A stretch of DNA of 64,000 nucleotides from Candidatus Nanopelagicales bacterium (GTDB taxonomy: Bacteria; Actinomycetota; Actinomycetes; JAHEKZ01): NCBI GenBank assembly GCA_038316135.1, contig JBBQAL010000001.1, positions 1,308 through 65,307 of the forward strand, given 5' to 3'. The notes beneath the pieces are model-generated. The model did no database searches and had not been told where the DNA came from. It saw only the letters and a list, made by a program, of their open reading frames with translations. Positions 21,929 to 32,942 of this stretch are shown here, one piece after another. A program made the translations under genes and the position numbers. Every line of letters starts with the position of its first letter. The first letter of the stretch is position 1.

Positions 21929-23863
21929 ATGACCTCTGCAGCAGCCGTTCGCTGGAGCGAAGGTGGCGGCCAGCTGATCGCTCAGGCCACCGGCGTGTTC
22001 AGCCTGACCTGGCTGTTGATCGCCCTCCCCTTGTGTGGTGCTGCGGTGCTGCTGCTCGGGGGACGCCGCACGAACTCATTCGGCCCGGCTCTTGCGACGC
22101 TGCTGGTCGGATCGTCGTTCGTCCTTGGGTTTGTTCTCTTCGTACAGATGCTCGGTCAGTCCGCGGAAGAACGTGCCTTCGACCAGAGCCTCTTCACCTG
22201 GGCGCCGATCGGCGACTTCAGTGTCGACGTCGGCTTCCAGCTCGATCCCTTGTCCATGGCGTTCGTTCTGCTGATCACGTTCGTCGGCGGCCTCGTGCAT
22301 GTCTACTCGCTCGGGTACATGGCCGATGACCCCGACAAACGTCGGTTCTTCGCCTACCTGAACCTCTTCGTCGCCTCCATGCTCTTACTCGTCCTTGCGA
22401 GCAGCTATGTACTTGTGTACGTCGGCTGGGAGGGCGTCGGTCTGGCCTCCTATTTGCTCATCGGCTTCTGGAACGCCAAGCCCGAGTACGCGACTGCCGC
22501 CAACAAGGCGTTCGTCATGAACCGCGTCGGTGACATCGGGATGTCACTCGCGATCATGTTGATGGTCACGACCTTCGGAACGACTGCGTTTTCCGGCGTG
22601 TTTGCCGGCGCGAGCGAAGCCGGTTCTGGAGTGCTCTTAGCGCTCGGCCTCCTCCTCCTCCTGGCCGCAACCGGCAAGAGTGCACAGATGCCGCTGCAGG
22701 CCTGGCTGGGTGACGCGATGGCCGGCCCGACGCCGGTGTCGGCCCTGATCCACGCGGCAACCATGGTCACCGCAGGTGTCTACCTGATCGTGCGGTCGAA
22801 CCCGATCTTCGACCTCTCCGACGGTGCCCGCCTGGCTGTCGTTCTGGTCGGTGTGCTCACGCTGCTCTTCGGGGCGTTCGTCGGAACCGCCAAGGACGAC
22901 ATCAAGAAGGCCCTGGCGGCATCGACGATGAGCCAGATCGGCTACATGGTATTGGCTGCGGGTCTGGGGCCGGCGGGGTACGCGTTCGCGATTCTTCACC
23001 TGATGACACACGGCTTCTTCAAGGCGGGGCTTTTCCTCGGAGCGGGGTCGGTCATCCACGGTATGGACGGTGAGGTGAACATGCGGCGGTACGGTGCACT
23101 GCGCAAGGTGATGCCCATCACCTTCATCACTTTCGGCGCCGGTTACCTCGCGATTATCGGCATCCCTCCGTTCGCTGGCTTCTTCTCCAAAGATAAGATC
23201 ATCGAAGCCGCGCTGGCCGACAGCATCTGGGTCGGGATCGCCGCGATCCTCGGTGCGGGAATCACCGCCTTCTACATGAGCCGCGTGATGTTCATGACCT
23301 TCTTCGGCGAGAAGCGCTGGGCCAAGGGCACCCACCCGCACGAGTCGCCTGGGTCGATGACGATTCCGATGGTGCTGCTCGCCATCGGTTCGGTGGTGCT
23401 CGGTGCGGTGCTCGTCATCGGCGGTCGCTTCGTCGGCTGGCTCGAGCCGGTCGTCGGATCTGCTGAGGAGCACGAGTTAGCCATCCCGCTATTTGCAATC
23501 ACGGCCATCATCGTCGCGGTCTCCCTCGTCGGCGTCGCCATCGCCTACGCGATGTACCTCCGGAATCCTGTCCCGCTTGAGGCGCCGACCGGGTCGGTCA
23601 TGACCCGCGCGGCCCGACAGGACTTCTACCAAGACGCAATCAACGAGTCGCTTTTCATGCGTCCCGGGCAATACCTGACGAGATTCCTGGTCTTCTTCGA
23701 CAACAGGGTTATCGACGGGTTCGTCAACGGGTCGGCAGCGCTGATCGGAGGCGGGTCAGCCCGGCTGCGACGGTGGCAGACCGGTTTCGTGCGTTCCTAC
23801 GCGCTGTTCATGCTGGCCGGGGCCGTACTGGTCGTCGGCGCTCTCGTACTCGTGAGGCTCTAA
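21929..23863 (+). CDS. nuoL: NADH-quinone oxidoreductase subunit L
   Basis: 644 aa antiporter-like subunit ([25 protein letters not shown]). The start may lie about 20 codons further downstream. Confidence 0.92.
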   Translation: MTSAAAVRWSEGGGQLIAQATGVFSLTWLLIALPLCGAAVLLLGGRRTNSFGPALATLLVGSSFVLGFVLFVQMLGQSAEERAFDQSLFTWAPIGDFSVDVGFQLDPLSMAFVLLITFVGGLVHVYSLGYMADDPDKRRFFAYLNLFVASMLLLVLASSYVLVYVGWEGVGLASYLLIGFWNAKPEYATAANKAFVMNRVGDIGMSLAIMLMVTTFGTTAFSGVFAGASEAGSGVLLALGLLLLLAATGKSAQMPLQAWLGDAMAGPTPVSALIHAATMVTAGVYLIVRSNPIFDLSDGARLAVVLVGVLTLLFGAFVGTAKDDIKKALAASTMSQIGYMVLAAGLGPAGYAFAILHLMTHGFFKAGLFLGAGSVIHGMDGEVNMRRYGALRKVMPITFITFGAGYLAIIGIPPFAGFFSKDKIIEAALADSIWVGIAAILGAGITAFYMSRVMFMTFFGEKRWAKGTHPHESPGSMTIPMVLLAIGSVVLGAVLVIGGRFVGWLEPVVGSAEEHELAIPLFAITAIIVAVSLVGVAIAYAMYLRNPVPLEAPTGSVMTRAARQDFYQDAINESLFMRPGQYLTRFLVFFDNRVIDGFVNGSAALIGGGSARLRRWQTGFVRSYALFMLAGAVLVVGALVLVRL

Positions 23864-23864
23864 C

Positions 23865-25409
23865 GTGAACGACTTTCCGGCACTGACCACCCTTGGCGTC
23901 CTGCCATTTGTGGGTGCATTGGTCGTGGCTGCGCTGCCACGTGGTCGCGAGCTGCTGGCTAAACAGATCACGCTCGCGGTGACCCTCGTCATGCTTGCGC
24001 TCACTGTCGCGATGGCTTTTGCCTTTGAGCCGAACGCCGCTGAACCGTTCCAGTTCGTCGAGAAGACGCCGTGGATCGAACAGTTCGGCATAAGTTACGC
24101 GGTAGGCGTCGACGGAATTGCCCTGGTGCTGATCGCGCTGGCCGTCTCACTCGCACCGGTGGTCATCCTGGCCGGTTGGAACGACGCCGACGACAACGAG
24201 CAGCATCGGCCACAGACCTACTTCGCGCTGCTGTTGGCATTGCTCGGCTGCATCGTCTATGTCTTTGCAGCCACCGACCTCTTCTTGTTCTACGTGGCTT
24301 TCGAGGTCATGCTGCTCCCGGTCTACTTCTTGATCGGTATGTTCGGGCGCGGCCAGCGCACCTACGCCGCGGTAAAGTTCCTGCTGTACAGCCTGTTTGG
24401 CGGGTTGCTGCTTCTGGCGGCTTTGATCGGCCTCTACGTCATTTCCGTGCAAGAACTGGGTACCGGCACCTTCGACTGGACACTGCTCGCTGGTATGCCC
24501 ATCGATCCAGACACCCAGAAGATCCTCTTCGCCGGATTCTTCTTCGCATTCGCCATCAAGGCACCTATGGTCCCCCTGCACACGTGGTTGCCGGACGCCG
24601 CTGCATCTGCAACTCCTGCGACCTCAACGCTGCTTGTGGGTGTCCTCGACAAGGTGGCAACGTTTGCGATGCTCCGCCTTGTCATCCCGATCTTTCCGGA
24701 CGCCTCCGAGTGGGCTGCGCCCTTCGTGGTGACGCTGGCCGTCATCAGCATTATTTACGGTGCTCTCGTCGCGATCGGTCAGACCGACATGTACCGGTTG
24801 ATCGCCTACACCTCGGTGTCGCACTTTGGCTTCATCATCTTGGGAATCTTCGCCTTCACCGAGATCGGCGGCTCCGGTTCGGTGGTCTACATGGTGGCTC
24901 ACGGCCTATCAACGGCGGCGCTCTTCATCGTCGCTGGCTTCCTGGTCAAACGCCGCGGCTCGAGCCTGATCCCGTCGTTCGGTGGGGTGCAGCGGGTGGC
25001 GCCGATTCTGGCCGGGTTCTTCCTCTTCGGCGGTCTGGCCAGTCTTGCCATGCCGGGGATGGCCAGCTTCGTCGGTGAGTTGACCGTGCTGATCGGGTCC
25101 TACCAGCGCTGGCCAATGGCAGCGGCCATCGCGGTCATCGGGATCGTGCTCTCGTCTCTCTATGTGCTCCTCATGTACCAGCGGGTCGCGACGGGCCCCG
25201 CGACCGAGAACGTCAAGGGCATGCGCGACGTGTCCCCGCGCGAGCTTGTCGCGTTCGCACCGATCATCGCGCTGACGATCGCCGTCGGCGTCTTTCCCAA
25301 GCCAGTGTTCGACGTGGTGAATCCCGCGATCGAGCGCACTTATAGCTTCCTGCACGTCGAGCCCGTCGAGCCGGACGTGCCTGTAACTGACGGGGAGGGG
25401 ACCAAATGA
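23865..25409 (+). CDS. nuoM: NADH-quinone oxidoreductase subunit M
   Basis: GTG start 1 nt after the nuoL stop. Motif HTWLPDAAASATPATSTLLVGVLDK. Confidence 0.93.
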   Translation: MNDFPALTTLGVLPFVGALVVAALPRGRELLAKQITLAVTLVMLALTVAMAFAFEPNAAEPFQFVEKTPWIEQFGISYAVGVDGIALVLIALAVSLAPVVILAGWNDADDNEQHRPQTYFALLLALLGCIVYVFAATDLFLFYVAFEVMLLPVYFLIGMFGRGQRTYAAVKFLLYSLFGGLLLLAALIGLYVISVQELGTGTFDWTLLAGMPIDPDTQKILFAGFFFAFAIKAPMVPLHTWLPDAAASATPATSTLLVGVLDKVATFAMLRLVIPIFPDASEWAAPFVVTLAVISIIYGALVAIGQTDMYRLIAYTSVSHFGFIILGIFAFTEIGGSGSVVYMVAHGLSTAALFIVAGFLVKRRGSSLIPSFGGVQRVAPILAGFFLFGGLASLAMPGMASFVGELTVLIGSYQRWPMAAAIAVIGIVLSSLYVLLMYQRVATGPATENVKGMRDVSPRELVAFAPIIALTIAVGVFPKPVFDVVNPAIERTYSFLHVEPVEPDVPVTDGEGTK

Positions 25410-26962
25410 TGCCTCACCTCGTGGAACCGTTCGCCCGCCCGTCGTTCGAGTACCAGCTACTGGCTCCCATGTTGATCGTGTTCGGGGGCGCCATCACCGG
25501 TGTTCTCGTCGAGGCCTTCGCGCCGAGAGGTGCGCGCCGTAGCATCCAGCTGGTCCTGAGCCTGCTGACGTTGGTTGTTGCGTTCGTCGCGCTACTCGTT
25601 TGGACCAGGCCGGATCTGGGCCAGATCGCGGCATCGGGGAACGTTGCCATCGATGGTCCTGCCGTGTTCTTCCAGGGCACCATCCTGATTCTGTCGTTTC
25701 TGGGCTTCTTGCTTTTCGCCGAGCGTGGAGTCGACTCGGCCGGAGATGCATTCACACCATCGGCGGCGACGATTCCGGGCAGTGCGTCAGAGCGTGAGCT
25801 GACTGCGGCCGGTGTTTCGCAGACCGAGGTCTGGCCACTGGCGCTCTTCTCGGTCGGTGGCATGATGCTCTTCGTCTCCGCCGACGACCTGCTGAGCTTC
25901 TTCGTCGCCCTTGAGGTCATGTCACTGCCGCTTTACCTGCTCGTCGGATTGGCTCGTCGCCGCAGGTTGCTGAGTCAGGAAGCCGCGCTCAAGTACTTTC
26001 TTTTGGGCTCCTTCTCGTCGGCATTCTTGATCTTCGGGTCGGCCTTCTTGTTCGGGTACTCCGGCTCAATCTCGTTTGCGGGCATCTACGACTCGCTGTC
26101 GAGTGGGGTTGACCTTGACCCGCTTCTCCTCGTCGGTACCGGTCTGATCTCGATCGGCCTGTTCTTCAAGGTCGGCGCTGTGCCGTTCCACTCCTGGGTT
26201 CCGGACGTGTATCAAGGTGCACCGACGCCGGTTACCGCTTTCATGGCTTCAGCGACCAAGGTCGCGGCCTTCGGTGCCATGCTCCGACTCTTCTACGTGG
26301 CGCTGGGTGACTATGACTGGAACTGGCGCCCAATGTTCTGGGTCGTCACGATCATCACCATCGTGGTCGGTTCGATCTTGGCGATCACTCAGACTGACAT
26401 CAAGCGGATGCTTGCCTACTCATCCGTGGCCCAAGCCGGCTTCATCCTGATTGGCGTGACTGCTGCGTCAGACTCGGGTCTGTCGAGCACAATGTTTTAC
26501 CTCGCGGCCTACGGGTTCGCGACGATCGGAGCATTTGCTCTGGTGACTCTGGTCCGTGACGGCACAGCTGAGGCGACACATCTGTCGCGATGGGCCGGGG
26601 TTGGGCGTCGTTCGCCGGTAGTCGCAGGAGTTCTCGCATTGTTCCTGCTGTCTTTCGCAGGGATCCCTCTCACCAGTGGGTTCATCGGGAAGTTCGCGGT
26701 ATTCGAGGCTGCCATCGACGGTGGCGCTACACCCCTGGCGATTGTTGGAGCCATCTTCAGTGCGGTCGCGGCGTTCTTCTATGTGCGCGTCATTGTGCTG
26801 ATGTACTTCTCCGATTCACCGGAGGATGCGCCAACCATCGCAGTTCCGAGCTCGCTCACAACGCTCTCCATCGCCGTTTGCGCGGCTGCCACGGTGGCTC
26901 TCGGCGTCTTCCCCGGCCCGGTCCTCGATCTGGCTGAGCAGGCCGCCTCGTTCGTCCGCTGA
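25406..26962 (+). CDS. nuoN: NADH-quinone oxidoreductase subunit N
   Basis: 4-nt overlap with nuoM. Motif FHSWVPDVYQGAPTPVTAFMASATK. Confidence 0.93.
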   Translation: MMPHLVEPFARPSFEYQLLAPMLIVFGGAITGVLVEAFAPRGARRSIQLVLSLLTLVVAFVALLVWTRPDLGQIAASGNVAIDGPAVFFQGTILILSFLGFLLFAERGVDSAGDAFTPSAATIPGSASERELTAAGVSQTEVWPLALFSVGGMMLFVSADDLLSFFVALEVMSLPLYLLVGLARRRRLLSQEAALKYFLLGSFSSAFLIFGSAFLFGYSGSISFAGIYDSLSSGVDLDPLLLVGTGLISIGLFFKVGAVPFHSWVPDVYQGAPTPVTAFMASATKVAAFGAMLRLFYVALGDYDWNWRPMFWVVTIITIVVGSILAITQTDIKRMLAYSSVAQAGFILIGVTAASDSGLSSTMFYLAAYGFATIGAFALVTLVRDGTAEATHLSRWAGVGRRSPVVAGVLALFLLSFAGIPLTSGFIGKFAVFEAAIDGGATPLAIVGAIFSAVAAFFYVRVIVLMYFSDSPEDAPTIAVPSSLTTLSIAVCAAATVALGVFPGPVLDLAEQAASFVR

Positions 26963-26963
26963 C

Positions 26964-27953
26964 ATGAGCGAACTCGATCTGGGACAAATAGACCCGGGGC
27001 TTGCTGCGTCGCTGACTGATCGACTCGAACAAGTTGAAAAGCTGCTGCGCGGCAGTCTTGAGTCTGACTACCCGTTCGTCACCGAAGCATCTCGCCACCT
27101 GGTCGATGCCGGTGGCAAGCGCTTCCGCCCGCTTTTGGTACTGCTTGCCTCACACTTCGGCGACTCCATGGCCGATGGAGTGGTCCCGGCCGCGGTTGTC
27201 GTTGAGTTGACCCACCTGGCCACGCTCTACCACGACGACGTCATGGACGAGGCTGCGTTGCGCAGGGGCGCGCCATCGGCGAACGCCCGCTGGGACAACA
27301 CGGTGGCAATTCTCACCGGTGACTTCCTCTTCTCCAGGGCTTCTGAGTTGCTGGCTGACCTTGGCCCGGATGCGGTGCGGATTCAGGCACAGACTTTCGG
27401 CCGCCTCGTGGTCGGTCAGATCAAAGAGACCCTCGGGCCATCGGACCACGACGACCCCATTGAGCACTACCTTGCCGTGGTCGCGGACAAAACCGGGTCG
27501 CTGATCGCTACGTCCGGACGCTTCGGCGCGCTGATGTCGGGCGCAACCCCTGAGGTCGTTGAGGTGATGACCACTTACGGGGAGCAGATTGGCGTCGCCT
27601 TCCAGCTCGCCGACGACGTGCTCGATGTCAGCAGCGAGAGTCGTGAGTCGGGCAAGACGCCGGGTACCGATCTTCGTGAAGGCGTTCGGACGCTTCCTGT
27701 GTTGCACGCACTTCGGTCGACCGACCCAGCTGACGTTGAGCTGCAGGAGCTCCTGCGCGGTGACCTCGCTGATGACGTTCGACATGCACGAGCACTTGAG
27801 TTGCTGCGTGCCAGCGATGCCATGCGGCGGTCGCGCGCCGACCTCCAGCGCCATGCTGACGCGGCACGCGAGGTGCTTCGACCACTACCTGTCGGAGCAG
27901 CCAGGTCCTCCCTGGAGTCGCTCTGCGACGCGGTGATCTCCCGCGTCGGCTGA
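26964..27953 (+). CDS. Polyprenyl diphosphate synthase (trans-IPPS; menaquinone side-chain synthase candidate)
   Basis: ATG 26964, 1 nt after the nuoN stop; the track ORF 26826 overlaps nuoN. Asp-rich motifs LYHDDVMDE and FQLADDVLD. Confidence 0.9.
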   Translation: MSELDLGQIDPGLAASLTDRLEQVEKLLRGSLESDYPFVTEASRHLVDAGGKRFRPLLVLLASHFGDSMADGVVPAAVVVELTHLATLYHDDVMDEAALRRGAPSANARWDNTVAILTGDFLFSRASELLADLGPDAVRIQAQTFGRLVVGQIKETLGPSDHDDPIEHYLAVVADKTGSLIATSGRFGALMSGATPEVVEVMTTYGEQIGVAFQLADDVLDVSSESRESGKTPGTDLREGVRTLPVLHALRSTDPADVELQELLRGDLADDVRHARALELLRASDAMRRSRADLQRHADAAREVLRPLPVGAARSSLESLCDAVISRVG

Positions 27954-27979
27954 CACCACCTGCACTCAGCCAGCGTGGG

Positions 27980-28906
27980 TTAGTGCGCCTCCTGGGCGCG
28001 TTGGTCAATCTCCAGATCCACCCGGGTCCGTCCGCGGTGCACCGCAGCCATGGAGTCAACGGCCAAGATGACCAGCGCAGCCCAAACCAGGGCGAAGCCG
28101 ACCCAGCGGGAGGCTGGCATCGGTTCGTTGTAGACGAAGACACCGATGAGGAACTGCAGGATGGGCGCGGAGTACTGCAGGAGTCCGATCCAGGTGAGGG
28201 GTATTCGGGTAGCGGCGGCCCCGAAGAACAGCAGCGGAATGACCGTGATCACACCGAGGGAAGCCAACAGGGCAGCCATCTTCGGTCCGTCCGTGGCCAT
28301 CGCACTTGATCCGGTGACCAGGAGGAAGCCGAGATAGGCAGCCGCGACAGGTGTCAGAATCGCGGTCTCGGCCGACAGGCTCTCGACGGCTCCCATGTCG
28401 AGCGTCTTTTTGAGCATGCCGTAGGTGCCGAAGCTGACCGCCAGTGTCAGCGCGATCCAGGGAAGCCCTCCGTAGTCGACGGTCAGAACGATGACGGCGA
28501 CTCCACCGAGCCCAACGGCGGCCCATTGGACGGCTCGCAGTCTCTCTTTGAACAGAACCACTCCGAACAGCACGCTCACGAGCGGGTTGATGAAGTAACC
28601 GAGTGAGGTTTGGACGACCTGCCCGCTGTTGACGCCGAATATGTAAACCCCCCAGTTCAGGGCGATGGTGACGGCGGCGGCCGGAAGCAGCAACATGCGT
28701 CGTCGATCTCGGAGCAATGGCCTGATCCATGACCATCGGTTTGTAACCGTCAGGACGATGAGCAGGACGACCAGAGACCAGACGATCCGATGGGCCAGAA
28801 TCTCGAGCGGCGTAGTGGGCTCAAGCAGCGGGAAGTACAGGGGGAAGAGGCCCCACAGCAGGTAAGCGCTCAGCCCATAGATCAGTCCACGACGGCGTTC
28901 CTGCAC
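27980..28906 (-). CDS. rarD: EamA/RarD family permease
   Basis: 308 aa, about 10 TM segments. N-terminus GLIYGLSAYLLWGLFPLYFPLL is typical of RarD. Confidence 0.8.
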   Translation of the reverse strand: MQERRRGLIYGLSAYLLWGLFPLYFPLLEPTTPLEILAHRIVWSLVVLLIVLTVTNRWSWIRPLLRDRRRMLLLPAAAVTIALNWGVYIFGVNSGQVVQTSLGYFINPLVSVLFGVVLFKERLRAVQWAAVGLGGVAVIVLTVDYGGLPWIALTLAVSFGTYGMLKKTLDMGAVESLSAETAILTPVAAAYLGFLLVTGSSAMATDGPKMAALLASLGVITVIPLLFFGAAATRIPLTWIGLLQYSAPILQFLIGVFVYNEPMPASRWVGFALVWAALVILAVDSMAAVHRGRTRVDLEIDQRAQEAH

Positions 28907-28945
28907 GAGGTCATCCTGTCACCCTGCCGAGAAGCAGCGAGTCGG

Positions 28946-30058
28946 TCAGGCCTCGACGGTCCAGGTGTCCTTGCCGGCGATCAAGTCCTCGAGCACTGGC
29001 CGGTCGCCGATGCCCTGGTCGTCGACGGCCGAGGCGATCTGTTCGTGGAGCAGGTCGTCGTAGGTAGCGCGATGGACGTCTCGGTAGGTCCCGATTGCGG
29101 TCGTGCGCAAGGTGCTGGGGTCGGCAAGCCGGGAAAGAGCGAAGGCGACCTCCGGGTTGGGAGCATGAGCATCGTGGACGATCAGCCGCTTGGTGCCGTA
29201 CTCAGCAGCGTCGACCACGCGCAACGTCCCATCGGGCATCCGAGCTACGCCATGCTGCCCTTCGGCTCCGAACCGAATCGGCTCGCCGTCCTCAAGTCTG
29301 ATGACGGCGTCGTCCTTCGTATCAGGCGACTTCAGTAGCTCGAAGGCACCGTCGTTGAAGATGTTGCAGTTCTGGTAGATCTCGACCAGCGCAGTGCCTC
29401 GATGGTGGGCTGCTGCTCGTAACACTCCGGTCAGATGCTTGCGGTCGGAGTCGATGGTGCGGGCGACGAAGGAAGCCTCGGCGCCCAGCGCCAGTGAGAC
29501 CGGGTTGAACGGAACGTCGAGCGAGCCGAGTGGCGTCGACTTCGTGATCTTCCCCTGCTCAGATGTCGGTGAGTACTGACCCTTGGTCAGTCCGTAGATG
29601 CGGTTGTTGAAGAGCAGCACCTTGAGGTTGACGTTTCTGCGCAAAGCATGGATCAAATGGTTACCGCCGATCGAGAGCGCATCACCGTCGCCGGTGACGA
29701 CCCAAACCGAAAGGTCGGGACGCGAGATCGCCAACCCGGTGGCGATAGCGGGCGCCCGGCCATGGATGGAGTGCATGCCGTAGGTGTTCATGTAGTACGG
29801 GAAGCGAGATGAGCAACCGATTCCGGAGACAAAGACGATGTTCTCGCGTCGGATGTTCAGTTCGGGAAGGAAGGACTGAACTGCCGCCAGCACGGCATAG
29901 TCGCCGCACCCAGGGCACCACCGAACTTCCTGGTCGGTCTTGAAGTCCTTGGTGGTCAGTGGCTCGTCGACCGTCGGGATTCCGGCGAGCGGGTCGACGT
30001 GAGAATCCTTGCCGGCCGCCGCGGCGACGAGCCCGAACCCGGGCACTGGACTATTCAT
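28946..30058 (-). CDS. korB: 2-oxoacid (2-oxoglutarate):ferredoxin oxidoreductase, beta subunit (TPP-binding)
   Basis: Motifs RWCPGCGDYAVL and GDGDALSIGGNHLIHALRRN. Overlaps the korA stop. Confidence 0.9.
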   Translation of the reverse strand: MNSPVPGFGLVAAAAGKDSHVDPLAGIPTVDEPLTTKDFKTDQEVRWCPGCGDYAVLAAVQSFLPELNIRRENIVFVSGIGCSSRFPYYMNTYGMHSIHGRAPAIATGLAISRPDLSVWVVTGDGDALSIGGNHLIHALRRNVNLKVLLFNNRIYGLTKGQYSPTSEQGKITKSTPLGSLDVPFNPVSLALGAEASFVARTIDSDRKHLTGVLRAAAHHRGTALVEIYQNCNIFNDGAFELLKSPDTKDDAVIRLEDGEPIRFGAEGQHGVARMPDGTLRVVDAAEYGTKRLIVHDAHAPNPEVAFALSRLADPSTLRTTAIGTYRDVHRATYDDLLHEQIASAVDDQGIGDRPVLEDLIAGKDTWTVEA

Positions 30059-31940
30059 CGGTGGCTGCCTCCTGGATCACAGATGCCAGTTCGGCCGCCT
30101 TGAACGGCAGACCCCTTACCTGGGTGTAGGACACCACGTCGACCAGGAACCTTCCCCGCAGTAACAGGGCCAGCTGTCCCAGGTTCATCTCGGGTAGAAG
30201 AACCTTGCGGTAGCCCTTCAGCACCTGCTCGGTGTTCTCCGGAAGCGGGTTGAGGTGCCGGAAGTGAGCCTGCGCCACGTGCAGACCCGCGTCTCGACAG
30301 CGCCGCACGGCTGCGCCAATCGGCCCATAGGTTGACCCCCAACCGATCACAAGGATCTCGGCGTCCCCGTCTGGGTCGTCGACTTCGAGGGCAGGGATCG
30401 ACGCTGCGATGCGATCGACCTTCGCTTGGCGGGTCCGCACCATCAGATCGTGGTTCGCCGGGTCGTAGGAGATATCGCCGCTTCCGTCCTGTTTCTCGAG
30501 ACCGCCAATGCGGTGCTCCAGCCCTGCGGTGCCGGGGGCGGCCCAAGCGCGAGCCAGTGTCTGGGGATCTCGTAGGTATGGCCAGAAGTCCTCGGTACCG
30601 TCGGCGGCCACGTGGTTGACGGCCGTGGAGAAGGCCGGGTCGATCGATGGCAGTTCATCGAGGTCGGGCAGTCGCCATGGCTCTGATCCATTGGCCAGGT
30701 ATCCGTCGGACAACACGATCACCGGTGTCCGGTAGGTGATGGCGATGCGGACCGCCTCGACCGCGGCATTGAAACAGTCGCTCGGGGAGCGTGGCGCCAC
30801 AACCGGAACCGGCGCCTCACCGTTTCGGCCGTAGAGGGCCTGCAGAAGGTCAGATTGTTCAGTCTTGGTGGGCAGTCCGGTCGATGGTCCGCCACGTTGG
30901 ATGTCGCAGATGACTAGCGGCAACTCCAGCGAGACGGCCAGTCCAATAGTTTCTGCCTTCAGCGCCAAGCCGGGACCGGACGTGGTTGTAACTCCGAGGT
31001 GTCCACCGAACGCCGCTCCAAGAGCGGCGCCGACGCCGGCTATCTCGTCTTCGGCCTGGAAAGTGCGCACACCGAACCGCTTGTGCTTGCTGAGCTCATG
31101 CAGGATGTCCGACGCAGGGGTGATCGGGTAAGAACCGAGAAACAGCGGCAGCGAAGAACGCCACGAGGCAGCAAGCAGCCCGTACGCCATGGCCAGATTG
31201 CCACTGATGTTCCGGTAGCGGCCGGGGCGAACCGGCGCCGGTTTGATCTCGTAGGAGACGGAGAAGTCTTCGGTCGTCTCGCCGAAACTCCAGCCGGCTT
31301 CGAATGCGATGGTGTTCGCGCGCAGGAGTTCGGGCTTGCTGGCGAACTTCTTCTTCAGGAAGGTGATGGTCCCTTCCGTTGGGCGGTGATACAGCCAACA
31401 CAGCAGACCGAGGGCGAACATGTTCTTGGCCCGCTCGGCGTCCTTTCGGGTCACGTCTACGTCCTTGAGCGCCTCGACGGTCATCGAGGTGAGGGGAATC
31501 GCATGCACCCGGTAGGCATCGAGAAGGCCGGTCTCCAGAGGGTTCTCGTCGTAGCCGACCCGGGTCAGGTTGCGCTTGGTGAACTCGTCGGTGTTGACGA
31601 TGAGATCTGAACCCCTAGGAAGTTCTGGGAGGTTTGCCTTCAGGGCGGCAGGGTTCATCGCCACCAGCACGTTGGGGGAGTCTCCCGGCGTCATGATGTC
31701 GTGATCGGCGAAGTGCAGCTGGAAGGCCGAGACGCCGGGGAGAGTCCCAGCCGGCGCCCGGATCTCGGCGGGAAAGTCCGGCAGGGTCGCTAGGTCATTG
31801 CCCAGCAGCGCGGTCTCACTGGTGAATCGGTCGCCGGTCAGCTGCATGCCGTCACCGCTATCGCCAGCGAATCGGATGATCACTCGATCCAGCTGCACAA
31901 TCTGTTTCGGCTGTTTGGGCTGTTTCGGCTGTTTGGGCAC
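30051..31940 (-). CDS. korA: 2-oxoacid (2-oxoglutarate):ferredoxin oxidoreductase, alpha subunit
   Basis: 629 aa. N-terminus IRFAGDSGDGMQLTG. Start is uncertain: GTG 31940 would give MPKQPKQPKQPKQ, while an internal GTG about 14 codons downstream is also possible. Confidence 0.88.
   Translation of the reverse strand: MPKQPKQPKQPKQIVQLDRVIIRFAGDSGDGMQLTGDRFTSETALLGNDLATLPDFPAEIRAPAGTLPGVSAFQLHFADHDIMTPGDSPNVLVAMNPAALKANLPELPRGSDLIVNTDEFTKRNLTRVGYDENPLETGLLDAYRVHAIPLTSMTVEALKDVDVTRKDAERAKNMFALGLLCWLYHRPTEGTITFLKKKFASKPELLRANTIAFEAGWSFGETTEDFSVSYEIKPAPVRPGRYRNISGNLAMAYGLLAASWRSSLPLFLGSYPITPASDILHELSKHKRFGVRTFQAEDEIAGVGAALGAAFGGHLGVTTTSGPGLALKAETIGLAVSLELPLVICDIQRGGPSTGLPTKTEQSDLLQALYGRNGEAPVPVVAPRSPSDCFNAAVEAVRIAITYRTPVIVLSDGYLANGSEPWRLPDLDELPSIDPAFSTAVNHVAADGTEDFWPYLRDPQTLARAWAAPGTAGLEHRIGGLEKQDGSGDISYDPANHDLMVRTRQAKVDRIAASIPALEVDDPDGDAEILVIGWGSTYGPIGAAVRRCRDAGLHVAQAHFRHLNPLPENTEQVLKGYRKVLLPEMNLGQLALLLRGRFLVDVVSYTQVRGLPFKAAELASVIQEAATDE
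31902..31937. repeat. 9-bp tandem repeat x4 (ctgtttcgg/ctgtttggg alternating; equivalently an 18-bp unit x2)
   Basis: Read directly: ctgtttcgg ctgtttggg ctgtttcgg ctgtttggg. On the minus strand it encodes (PKQ)4 if GTG 31940 is the korA start. Confidence 0.9.
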
Positions 31941-32020
31941 GGTTCCATGCTACGTCGAGGCTGGCCTCTACGATGGGTTGAAAAGTGCCCTGAGGTGGCG
32001 GACAGGTGGAGGAGGCCGGG

Positions 32021-32395
32021 ATGGACGAGGGATACCTGGGCGGTTACGCAGTCGTCGCCGCGGCCGTAGCCCTCGGCGTGGCCTTCGTGGCAACCGGGCT
32101 GCTGGCGAACCGACTGCTCCGCCCCGTTGTGGCCAGCGCCGAGAAGTACACCACGTATGAATGTGGCCTCGATCCTGTTGGTGACGGTTGGGCGCAGACC
32201 CACATCCGGTACTACGTCTTCGCCTATCTCTACGTGATCTTTGCCGTTGACGCCGTGTATCTCTTCCCCTGGGCGACGGTCTTTGACGCAGCCGGATACG
32301 GACTTGTGACCCTGGTCGAGATGGTTGTCTTCATTGGGTTCCTGGCAACAGGCATCGGATATGCCTGGCGGCGCGGCGTCCTGAGGTGGGTGTGA
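32021..32395 (+). CDS. nuoA2: NuoA-like subunit, second (truncated) complex-I-type operon
   Basis: ATG 32021 after GGAGGAGG. Motifs YECGLDP and [12 protein letters not shown]. Confidence 0.85.
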   Translation: MDEGYLGGYAVVAAAVALGVAFVATGLLANRLLRPVVASAEKYTTYECGLDPVGDGWAQTHIRYYVFAYLYVIFAVDAVYLFPWATVFDAAGYGLVTLVEMVVFIGFLATGIGYAWRRGVLRWV

Positions 32396-32396
32396 G

Positions 32397-32942
32397 GTGA
32401 CTGCCGTCGATCTTCCGGCTCCCCGAGTCGGCGCATTGTCATCGCTGGCCCCGAAGCCGATGCGCTTGGTGCTCAACTGGGGGCGGCGCTACAGCCTGTG
32501 GGTCTTCAACTTTGGGCTCGCGTGCTGCGCCATCGAGTTCATAGCGACATCGATGAGCCGCTACGACTTCATGCGACTTGGCGTGATTCCGTTCGCGCCG
32601 AGCCCTAGGCAGGCCGACCTGATGGTGGTCTCGGGCACGGTGACCGACAAGATGGCACCAGCCATCAAGCGGCTGTACGAGCAGATGCCAGAACCCAAGT
32701 ACGTCATCTCGTTCGGCGCCTGCTCCAACTGCGGCGGCCCCTACTGGGACAGTTACGCGGTGACCAAGGGTGTCGACCAGATCATCCCGGTCGATGTCTA
32801 CGTTCCTGGCTGCCCGCCTCGCCCGGAGGCGTTGCTGCAAGGAATCATGAAGCTGCAGGAGAAGATCGCTGGTGAAAACGTCGCTACCCGCTACCGACCA
32901 TCGGCCGGTGCCCTGCGGCGACCTCTGGTGGAATCGTCGTGA
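32397..32942 (+). CDS. nuoB2: NuoB-like subunit (N2-cluster cysteines retained)
   Basis: [27 protein letters not shown]. Confidence 0.9.
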   Translation: MTAVDLPAPRVGALSSLAPKPMRLVLNWGRRYSLWVFNFGLACCAIEFIATSMSRYDFMRLGVIPFAPSPRQADLMVVSGTVTDKMAPAIKRLYEQMPEPKYVISFGACSNCGGPYWDSYAVTKGVDQIIPVDVYVPGCPPRPEALLQGIMKLQEKIAGENVATRYRPSAGALRRPLVESS

